From: Fimbriosthenelais zetlandica
Lineage: Eukaryota
NCBI GenBank assembly: GCA_977030845.1
Contig: OZ365114.1
Span: forward strand, 23,002,001-23,066,000
Length of the DNA stretch: 64,000 nt
Direction: 5' to 3'
Shown here: positions 28,301 to 40,300 of the stretch, in pieces
Layout of the letters: each line of letters begins with the position of its first letter
How positions within the stretch are numbered: the stretch's first letter is position 1
Notes under the pieces: generated by a model
Told to the model about the DNA's origin: nothing
Seen by the model: the letters and a program-made list of their open reading frames with translations, nothing else
The model's database searches: none
Program-made: the position numbers and the translations under genes

Positions 28301-31300
28301 GGCAGGTGGGTGCACGAACATGCTCACCCTTATCTGCCGGCTTAACAACATTCCCAACACGGCTGAGGGTAGATGGATCAATTTCTGCCTTGGCCACTTT
28401 CAGATGTCACAGCAAGAACACGCAAAGACATTCCCCTATGTATGTGAGCATACACTGGGAGGAAGGTTCCTTCATCTCAGCGACACAAAGTGTCAAGAAC
28501 CCGTGGTCAGGCTTTACCCCATTTGAACCTCGTTCTGTCTTTACATACACCATTTCTGGGCTTTACATGTACCCACCATATACATGACAACGGGTCTTCA
28601 ACATGTTTACATTACGTTGACGACTTCCTCAGAAAGGTCCTAAGTTAAAAAGTCCCCGACCACCACCCGTTTCCCTTGGCCTATCCTAAATTGAAGGGAG
28701 TGTCACTGAAAAATCTTCCAAGAGCATTTTAGAAATATTTCTCTGAATCCCCTGGGTGGGCAGAACACCACATAGTATGCTTTCTAGTGCTACCCTTAGA
28801 CTGTTTATCAATTTTTATCACATGGGTATCTAGACTATTTTTATCCTCCCAAAAACAATATCAACTCACCCCGGGTTACCATGGAGCCCCTCACAATAGG
28901 AGGTTATTCCAAACACTGGGAGGCAGCAGGTGGTCAGGGGGTCATGCCTTCCCTGACTATAATGTGGGAAAACATATCAGGAACATCTCACCGGACATGC
29001 GTTAAAAGCACACCTCTATTCTGCATGAATACAGAGTAAAACACCTTTAATCAAACCGTTGTCCTGAATGTACCTTTAAGCAACTATTCCTGCCATCTGC
29101 CAGATGGGTTAAGTCAGCCCACCAGTGATTTGTATATGGTATATGTTGTAAGTGTATGGAATATGGCAGAGACTGCAGAGAGCCTGAGGCAGGATGAGTC
29201 CTGACACTAATTGTCAGACAAAACAAGCTCTGATATTAGCGTAAGTGCAGAGGCATGGCCAGAGGCAGTGTAGGGATACATGATTTAGTCAAATACTGGC
29301 TGGTCTTATTAAAATCTGTGGGTAATACCAACCACGAGCGCTATCCATATGCAGGGATGTACTATCCAATCAGTATCAATTGCCCTTTTCCGGAAACTGG
29401 TACGGGACTGACATTGTTCAACACCAAATTGAACAACTGGGAACCGGATGATACTTAGCGTAGCTGAAAATGTACTGATATGAATTTGGGTCCTGGCCAT
29501 GTTATAGCAGAGCTAGATTCATCAGAATCGGCTGTGGGTCGACATATTAGCTATTATCACAAGCCCTGTTTGACTTTCCATGCAATAGATCACAGAGATA
29601 CATATACATGTACACAGTTCTTCCTTCTCATATTTTTAGGTCCCATTGTAAAACGGTGCTTTATGGTATTTTTGGTGCCCCACCGACCAGGGTCACCACA
29701 GGGTCATCTTATCTGGGTCAGATCGGTGCTGGTGACTGGGGGCAGTCCCCCTGGGGGGCAGGCCTAATCTTACTCCATCAGCACCACCTGGAAAGTTGGG
29801 GCAAAGCAAAAACTCAAGGGATGCAGATTCCGGAGATCATCTGTAGTGGAGAACGACTTTTCCCCCCATCTTCACCACCTGAGATTTTACAAACTCTCTC
29901 TTTCTCGCCCTCACTCCATTGCTACCTAGTTTTGCCCTAGTCTCCAGAGCATAACACGCAGAGATAAGTGCACACTGTTTTGTCAAACGATATCTGGGCT
30001 TGTTGTCGACTCCATCTGGTGCAAAGCACCCTCCAGAATGGCTCCACAAGCCTCTGGCTCCTCCTCTGTTTTACCCCAGCAAAAAACAGGCTGTATTTAC
30101 AAAGATTTTATCAGTGAGTACACTAGAAGGGTTATGTTTGGGATGGCCAGCCTAAAAGCTGTGGAGGTAATCCGCAATGCTATTTTCCCTCTGACACATA
30201 TTTGCTTACATCATAGATCATAGCTACATGCACTTGATGAATTGCACCCCCTTTTCTGTCTCTCGGCTCAGCCCATTAATCTCCCTCGTGCCATCCCTTC
30301 TTGTTATACAAATCTCAGAATGTCTGCGTGGATTATCTTACAATAAAAACACATGTCTTGTTAACGTATGGTCGGGATTACCGACCAAACATCTCAGATG
30401 ATTCCATATGCAAAATGCCACCAAATCTAGGATCGCATGTAAATGCTAAAATTATGATTTCAATTACTAATATGTTGCATATGGCTTTAGTGGATTGAGA
30501 TGCCAGTAAGGACGATCTGGGAGATTTGGGGGGAGGGGCTGGGGGAGGGGGCCTTGGGGTCGTATGTATACATCCCCCCTGCTGGCCATGTGCTAGACGA
30601 GTACGGTCCTAGGAATTCTGCCGTCACAGATGTCAACACAGAGCAAACATACTCTCATGAGGCCAACTGCCTCACCAATGCACGTATGCCTGCGGTCTTT
30701 TTTCCAGGCCTGAATAGATCATCCATATACATGCTTGATGCTCGTTCCTAGCAGTAAAACATTCGCTGATTCTTTGCATTATAATCAAAGGGTTATGATT
30801 CATCTCTACTCTAGAATGGTTTTGAGTAGGTCTATGTATATTTAAAGTACTTTAACTTAGGCAACTATGTGACATACAAACAGATCATCTAAATGTCTTT
30901 CAAGCGTATGAATCATGCATGCAGACAGTCTTTATGGACCACGAAAAGAAAGAAAGAGGAGGGAGAGGATATTTAAAGAAAAAAGTGGGGCAGCCATGAA
31001 CATTGCTCGTTTTGGTTTCATGACATGAGAGGTACCATCGTCAGCCGTCTGTCAATTACTTCCACTTGTTACATTTAAATGTAAAAATATCTGAACTAAA
31101 ATCAAGCAAGCCTCAGCAGCTATAGAATATAGACCAAGAGACATAGTTTATACTCTAGACTCCATGTTAGAAACGGGTCCTGACCACGGTACATTGACTA
31201 ACTTCGTCAAGTGCGTTTAAATTGATTTTGTAAATGAATGAAATTTAAACTTAAACCTGGATTTACATATCAAAGGTGCTTGCTTGCACGAAATTCGTAG

Positions 31301-34300
31301 CAAGATTTATCAGAAACATTGCCAAGAACTCTCTAAGAAAAGTAGCGGAACATAAGGCACATTTCCTCCCCGTAGGAGGATGTCTTCGGAGACACTTTTA
31401 TCAGGTCCTAATAAGTACTGATTGTCCAACACGATCGGACATGTGAATAAATACTCAAGTGTTACGACATGTTCAAAAAAGACTTTGTCGACAAGCTGAA
31501 GAGCCTGAACAAAGTCGGGGGTGATGACAGGGTCTAGACTGTCCGAGTAGAGCCCGTCCACAAAACCAGCCAGGAGTCACTCACAGTGAAGAGGTGGTCC
31601 TTTTCCTTCTATCACATAACAGCCAGCATGTATAAGAGCATTGTGTATGTACAAGTGTATGGATAGTGTGTGAGTGTTTGTTCTCCAGAGATATGCATCC
31701 AGCAGGTTGGCTCTGACTGCAGCAGCAGGGCTATATTATAACTTATGTCAACAGCAGAGAAGCAGGGAGAATGTCATGGAGGCTGAGGGCCTGGAGTGCA
31801 GGGCAAGGGGTATGTTTCATAGATTACTCCAGTCCCAACCCCTTGTGCCGTATATATCATGTAAAGTTTCATTAGGTCATATCACATCATTATATTACCC
31901 CATTTCATTTGACCACATCATCAGCAATGTCCAGTACAAATAACAGGTTGTTTCTTTTTATGGGAAGGCCACAGTCGGATCTTATCGTGAGGGTAGAGTG
32001 CAGGGATCCAACTGACTGCGTGCTTGACACGGCTGGTCCCTAAAAACTCTTTACACCTCAGCCCGCCGACATCCAATATGTACCCCATGCAGGTTAGCCC
32101 ACCTTCATTATTGTCTCAAAATGGCCACCACATGTATCATAACTCCTCTATACGGCAGTATTTCATTTTGTTTTTATTGTTAACACTTTCGACATTCCTT
32201 CTATTTCTTCGCCTTTTCTTCCCTTGATCGTTGAGGATTTGAACGATCATTGTGTGTATGACAAGCTAAGGAAATATGGCTTTTATTTTCTGTTCCAAAC
32301 ACCAATAAACTGTTCTAGCTGTGGGTCACTGCAGGTGATTGGATTACATGTAAAGTATATAGCACTCTCGCTGATCTAAATTGCCTAACATGTTGGCTAT
32401 GATTGAAACAAACATGAAAAGGCTAATATAAAGGTCTCGTTCCCGTACGAAGACATAATGATGTCCTGACATGCAAGAAACCGATTGGGAACAAAACGAT
32501 TGAGTTTAAATAGGCAAGACAAAAATTAATGCGAATAAAATGATGTGAGAGTTGAAAGGTGATGACATGTACGATCCTGGGTGTACATGTAATAGCTCCC
32601 GTGGTCGTGTCCCTGGCACCTGACCCACTGATCATCATTACATCTATATGACTGTGTTAACATGGAAACCATTTCCCCGAGCAACATCAAACACTTGTTT
32701 TCTATCATATGAGCAAAGTAACATCCAAGTGAGCAGCTCCGACCATTTGTTCTCTTTTATAGGAGCAAGTAACATCCAAGTGAGCAACTCTAACTGGTAA
32801 CAACCTGGCTGTACATAGAGACTTTAGATGTTTGTATGTATTCCCCCTGTGACCAAGTGCGTGGGTGGGGAAAAGGGGAGAAGGCGAGGTAGGAATGAGG
32901 GATACTACTATTGCATGGAACTTCTCCCCTTTCCATGGTTAGCAAAGCACTACAGAGCACCATGCACAGAAAGATCAGGGGTATATAAACGTAGGGCCGG
33001 GTTATTGGGTGTTTCTATAGGGGCGTTGACACAGTAGGTAGCATTACATATCTCCTCCCCCAGTCGACATGATCTAGCTGCTGCTGTTAAACCATCCAAG
33101 CCACCGCCTCACACTCACACACAGAAATGGGTTTAGATTGGATTTAGTCAGTAAATACAAATGGAAATAGGATACGTCGGTGCTATGTTATTGCGTGCTT
33201 AAAGGGAACGACATTGTTGTGGTAATCCAATGTGTGCAATAGTTGCCATAAAGGAGTTATAATTTGGCATTTATAATATTTTATCAAGTATGCACTCGAT
33301 TCAAAATGAAGTGTGGATTTCAAAATGAGTGTATTTTCAACGATAAGACTTGGAATATTAAAAGGAATGCATGAGCCATATTTTGAATTGTCTTAAGAAA
33401 CTATTATGAATAATAAATTTAAATAAATGTATATAAGCCTAATATAACTAATTTTAAATTGACATAATAATTATAGATGGAATATGGACATCATTGCCTC
33501 GCTTGATATTTTGGAACTAGCCACATAGCTCTCACCTTCAGTCAACATAACGGGGAAAGCTCAGTGATATATTGAAGGAAGATTTTCCAGATGAGAACAT
33601 TGGTTGGTGTAGCGTGAGCCTGGCTCAGAGGGTGAGCTCTCACCCAGTCACACCTTTTGAGCAAGCATCCATGGAGCTGCGCCAGCTCCTCACCCACATA
33701 CACACATACAGCCCATCCCCACTGACCCTTTCACTTCCAGTCCAGAACATTATTCTTGACTGTGGCGTGCCGACTGTAACATACATGCAGAAGACGAAAG
33801 ATGGATCACCGAGTCAAAAAGAATATGATACTTACACACGAAAAACATCCGTAACACGTCAGAAAGAAAATACACAATCCCTATAATATATAGCTTCAAA
33901 ATAACCCTATATGAAGGTGGATCTTCCAGCGAGAAGTATGAGATATCATGGAAGAAATCAGGGGAGTTCATTAAAAATGTAGCAGCTGGAAATTGGTAAA
34001 TATTTCTGCATGGGTGACTTGGGCAATGTCTAAGCGACATCGTTGTTGTATTTGGCTTCCCATAGCGGAGACCTGTCAGATGAAGAGTCCATATCGCCCA
34101 TTCTAATCTAAAACAGTTTCCTGATATGCAGCCCAGCAAGGTCAAGTGTTTATGCTGCGGCTATCATAGAAAGACAGGTTGCTGATTCTTCTTACAGAGG
34201 CTCGAATTCATACAAGTTGCAAGTCTCGAGTAAATGCCGTTCACTCCTGCTCAGAATACATGAAAAACTGTTGACAGAGTGAAAATACAGCCCTGGTATA

Positions 34301-37300
34301 GATGTCGGTGTGTTATGTCTGATTTGAAGGGGGTAGCTGCTAAATATTTTAAGATCGTTGCAGTATAAAGGACTGGAAAACCAATTAATAATATAAAAAA
34401 CTGCATCAAATGACAATCACGAAATTGTGGAAGGCTAGACATTGAGGATTGAGATAGAATTAAAGGCCCTGTCTCGGAAGTTACCCCTCGAACTAAGCTA
34501 TTCCACGGAGGAATAATCATATGAGCATAAAGTAGGATTAATAATGAATCTACTCGGGAGGTCTGATAAATGGTAAAGAGAGTTTGATATCATCACTGAA
34601 GTGTTTTTACTTTCAATGTTGCAATCATCGATTACCCTGGGGTATTTGCCCTTTTCCCTTGGATCAATTTCTCTTGGACACAGATCCTTTGTTCGTATTT
34701 TCAGATGGTTCTCCCAATTCTTCAGGTTTCTGAATCTGTTGAATTCATGAAGTTAACACAAGAGTGTTGGATGCTGGGTAAATATTTTTTCAATTTTACA
34801 ATGCCTTCACAGTGTATTTTCATATTATGGGCTTTTCAACACCCCAACCCATCCAAACCCGAATGTTAAGAAATTTGAGCGTGTGAACGGAAAGTTATTT
34901 TCCTCTGATGGCTTTAGCAACTTCTTGTTGGGAGTACCATCTACCAACTGATAGAGTCAGTGTTGATATCTAACTCTATCTACAACTTTATCACATCTGC
35001 TCTGCAAGAACCAGAAAAAAGGTCTTATAGAAACTCAACAAAAACCCAATCCAAATATACTTAAGATACTTCTTGAGCAGATGATTTTTCACTCTGATGT
35101 GAGAGGCCTGGATTTTTTGTGTGGGTCTGATGGACTGAGTGGGCATATATACTGTCTAATGTTACTATGGAGGATTGCTGTGAATTTCATTAGTAGTCAG
35201 GGAAAAGGTTATACCACAAGTGATCGACGAGACGGAATAAATCACACCCATGGGCGATAATAGAAGTGTAAAGCGGACACAACCGGAACCTGCTGCAGGT
35301 CCGGGCTGAAGGGAACCCAGTCCTTCTATTGGTTAACGCTGGATAAACACTGTGTGTACGCGGTAGGGGGCAGGGCACATTCTTGATGGGGAAGAGCGCT
35401 TGTTTTTGGAACTTATGCCAGTATCCAAGTCTTGTTTTGGACAGAAACATAAATATGGCGTCTAGGATGCCAGGATGTGATCTTAAGCCCTTCCTCGCCT
35501 ACCACGTGACTAGGAGTGAGATTTCGCACAAGAAGGCGAGAGTAGAGTCGACAGGTCGGAATGTGGCAACAGTTTTCGAGGCCTCACATCACAGTATCAT
35601 TGATAATGTTGTCAAGACCCCTCTGTTACTACGCAAGATGTGTCATTAGTAATAGCATCATAATAGAGCACAGAAGTGAGGTGCCGAAAGTATAGATTTT
35701 CATTGATGAAATTTGAATGAGTACCCTAAACTACGAGTAGCAAAACCTTCAACTGCAAATGAACGTTGTTCAAGAAAAGACCAGAATCTCATTATTGAAA
35801 AATCCAATTATAGTCAAATTAACTCTATAAAACAAAACATCCATAATAAAATAAATCTGTAAGTATTAACCTTAGACAGACAGAAGTCCCATTAATCAAA
35901 ACCTATCAAGTCAGCCATCGAGACCCATTATTTACAATGTCTGGTGCTCGGCACTGGCCAGAAAAAATTCTGGTATTTATCAGCATCAGAGGCACACGTA
36001 GATATACTGTATCCTGAATAAAACCTTGAGACACCGATGCAAACTCAAATTGAGATGTCTTTGCATCATAATTTCCTGTACCTTTCTCTTTTCACAGCAA
36101 CATGAAAGATATTAGGCGTAGGGCCTACACATGCCAAAATAGATTGAAGAAATGGATATTGAGTGAGGATAGATTCATATAATGTCATATTATGATATAA
36201 TGCTGTAATTCAATATTGATCGTTTTAGTCTATATCTTAACGACCATATAGTGTATCCTGATGGTTCATTCCAAGGAATCTGACGGGTATCTCTGACATG
36301 TCAAAGTTTATCTTTTCCATATACCTTGGTATGATACAGAAGTCTGAACATGTTGAACCTCTCAGTCCTTTAATACAACTCCACTTTGGCGGGTCGGTCA
36401 TATGACTATGTGGTAAAAAGTACATAGGCCTACATAGGTTTATGAATAAAAACCTGATGTTTCCTCGGGACTACCAGGGGGAGTAGAAAATCAATGTAGG
36501 GATCTCTGTCCACAGAGTGGTAGAATCAGTATGAAGCCGAAGATCTGAAGCAGCAATTCATCAGTCAAATCTGTGATGTGAATCTTAAAGGCAACATCTT
36601 TTCTACACATCACCCCTACACTCTTTTCACTACATGATGTTCGAGTCTAGCAGTGTTATTGTGTTGTTCTGCAACAGTTCTTGATACTGTTAGCATTTCA
36701 TGATTGTAAATTGGAATCATGAGATTGAGGACCTGCTTGAGTTTTTGCTTCATCTCTTCCACCCATTTGTGTTTCTCGTATATATGTAAGGATCTGTCCT
36801 TTGGGATTCGGCTCAGTTATCAGGCTCAGTATCCACATATAAATCTCATACACAACCACTTCACCGTGGCCAGCATGCATGTGATCACTCATCGTTGTAA
36901 CCATGAAAGTTGTCCCCCGAGTGTGAGGCGACCCAGAAGAAGATATGACAGATATTGATTTTAAACCTTTCCTTCGTTTTCTTTACCAGTATCAAACCTC
37001 ACTTTCTAGTAAGGGAGAAACAAAGAGAGATATGGGATGGGAGAGTGGGTGATGGACAAATACGAATAGCGAGTCATCTAAATCGACTGCCTACATTGCC
37101 CAGACAGGTCACGAAGAGTCTTGTCATCTGATTTTGAATCTTATGGGATAACTTGGCCTGCTTATGTTGCATTTCATTGTTGCCTGAAGTTTTCCAATAA
37201 GCATAAGCTTTAAATGCAGATACGAACAATACCATATGCATTAGATTTATCCCAATTATTCTTCAAAATTCTTCACGAATTTACAATGGAATTGATCCCT

Positions 37301-40300
37301 TAATTTTAGTTTAACACTATTTGAATGCTGAAGGCCCACTATATTATAGAAAGTTTAGACTACGTTGCCCAATCTGATTCCCAAGAGTCCAAACATTAGA
37401 CTACAGAAGGGCCTTTTCAGCGGTATCTCTACTGCCTGGGGGTATGTCGCTCTGGAATGAGTAGAAGAGGAGAGATATAGGGCCGTGATAACAGGCGAGT
37501 ATGTGGGGTGGACATGGTGTATGTATACATTAGTCAGTACATGTGTGGTAATCTCACAGACATGGTTTTGTCTTCGAGATGTTGGTGTCTGGTCCAGACA
37601 TTTTTTCTCATCAAACTAAATTCTATATATCTGTATGCAAAATGTCGTTTGCCTAGTATCAGTCGGGCTAGTATACTAGGCTAGTCTTCAGTATACTGTA
37701 GTATTAGTTATTAGGAACTAGATCACTTTAGATCACACTTAAACCTAAAACTAGTACTAGCAGTACTATGTTTTCCTCTGGAATAACTGTATGGTAAGGA
37801 CCACTATCCGCATTTACCGTCCATGTCGCTATACTACTCACGCCTGTCCCCGCTGACTGCGCGGCTGCTGCGACGGACGACGGACGAGGGGAAAGCAGCT
37901 AGGGAGCGGCCAGGCGATGAGGGATGAGGAAGCGGCAGTACATAGATAGCACCCCATGTCCACTCATCCTCACGCCACCAGGACCAACTGATGTTTTATT
38001 GGATATAAAAGACACGTACTTGTGAATGGGAATATGCTTCAGTGTGTCTATACAAATAGCCACCACATGAGCTGAACCGTGTCTTCAAAATTGTAAAGCA
38101 AAACGTGACAATGTTCCTCAAGAAATATATGCAGTTCAGATTGCATCGACTTCAGGAAAATGTGTAGGGGATTATCAAGGTTTTAGCTGCGAAAACAAGT
38201 GGAGGTGAATGAGGAAGAAGTTGAGGCAGGAACAAACCACTTGCATCTGGTTTCCCTTACCCAAAAACTTGCTTTGGAAGAACACTGGTATGAATTTATA
38301 CGCAACAGGGTCTATTTGCTTAAGGAATTTGTTCTTGGATGTTTTTTCTATGTGACGTTAATCTTGACTGATATTCCTTTGCTTCCGATAATGAACAGGC
38401 TGTTTCCATTATCCTTCAATCCCGGACCTCCAACCAGGGATAAAAAAAATATCATGACGTCATCGCAATAGATGATTTTTTAACCCTTATGATCCTAGAA
38501 TACTATTCAGCATCGAACGCTGTCCTTCGGCCATTTTGTCTGTTGTTTCATTGATCTCGGGTGTCGCGAGACTTGAGCGAGATCGGGTGAGATCTCGCCA
38601 GTATAAACGAGGCTTAATCAGTTACACATGTCCCCAAACAGATAGTATAAACCAGCGTCTAGATGGCGCCTTCAGACACGTGATGATACCCACTACTAAC
38701 ACAAAGACGTGCTCCATATCAAGGTTCACTTCTTCTCCGTCCGTCTTCTTGAACTTCTCATATTGTCTCAAATTGATTGATGAATGGCAGCTTTCCATCA
38801 GGTTTCCAATCCTAAAAGGGGGTGCATGCATGGTCTTCATATCATGGAGATCCAAAATATTTTTAATGAGATTTAAAACAACCATCAACATTCAGATATA
38901 AACTTTACATCCATCATAGGCGATCATGTGAGATTCAATGTTTTCTCTAACCTCCATTGTCTTAGTGTGACTTCAGAGTCCTTACGCTTACTGCATTTTT
39001 TTTCTTTTCTTGCGCTTCATCTAACTCTTACTTCCGTCCCCTCTTCACCCCCACACTTCCTGATGCTATTGCCTGCTGGTATAGTTGTTGCCAGATGCTG
39101 ACACTCCACCGCCAAACCATGCTGGCCAAATATTCAGGACACTATATATAGACCCCCTCATGCCTCCCACCTACAAGTACAAAGCCTAGACTGCATGCTG
39201 ATAAGCCAGGTAAGCGTAAATATAACATTACACTTTGATAAGCTCCTCTTATTTCTTGATCACTGATACACAAAAAATCTCGAGGAGTAAAAGACAGCGG
39301 TTCTACGAGAACTGATGCCACCAAATTGGCAGTCAAAGATAATGAACAGGGTCCAACATGTGATAGACTGTCAATTTCCTTCAGCATTGTGGCTTCTCTT
39401 TACCAGAATACCCTGACAGGACATTGGCTGTAGATATCGCCTAGTGAAGGGTGTCTGCTATATGCACCTTAGCAATCACAGCACGTTCCTTCACCCCAGA
39501 AAGAAGCGGTTCACGTTGAACCAGCAGGTGTTTGCATGTATTCCCTGCCATTCTAGGCAATAATTTATTATGTTTCATAATGCAGCTCTTGAATACAACA
39601 GGGATTAAACAGTCTAGGCCATTCTGCAACACACAGACCCACCAAGAAGACGATCGATCAGCTGGGGACCCTTGTCTGACTTCCATTTAGTCGAATTGCC
39701 CGTAATGGAGTGGCCAAAGCCCCCTGTTAAATGCAAAAGGCTGATTGAACATCCATTTTGAATCAAGTGGGATAAAGCCTCTTAAGCCTCGGTATTCGTT
39801 TGTTGACAATAATCACAGCAAGCACCTGTCACTCAGTTCCTAAATTATTCACAAAAAATGTTTCTTACATGCTGGAGTGCAAAGCTGTATGCAAAGCATA
39901 TGAACCAGATCCTATCTTAATATACAATCATAGAATCGCCATTAGTAGTGTTCCCAACTGTGTAGCGTTGGAAACCCGAGAGCAACACACGGTCATTGTA
40001 CAACCCATGGCAAACAGCCTGATTAGAGGTCATTGTACAACTATCGGCTACAGTATATTATATGTTGTACAATGAGCTGATGGACTTAATAGTATCAAAT
40101 ACTTTGGTAAAGGAGCCTATATGCTGACTACATTTGGAAAGAAGCGATTTCATTTATTAAGCAAACACTATTTGGCCAAAAGGTTTAGTGGATATATCGG
40201 CATGCAGTTATCTTGATTTAGCGGTACTTTAGCTGGGAAACGCATACCCAACATTTGCAATCTTCATCTCCTAAACAAATTATCAGCAGGGAGAAGTGCT

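Noticed and set aside
28167-28321. Second phase-2 ATG-to-donor stretch ([12 protein letters not shown]...PGA|, CAG|GTGAAT) that could splice to Wnt11 exon 2
   Set aside because: No signal or acylation motif, no Inr or CpG cluster, weaker donor. It shows that phase-compatible pseudo-exons arise by chance, a caution for the 37842-37957 candidate.
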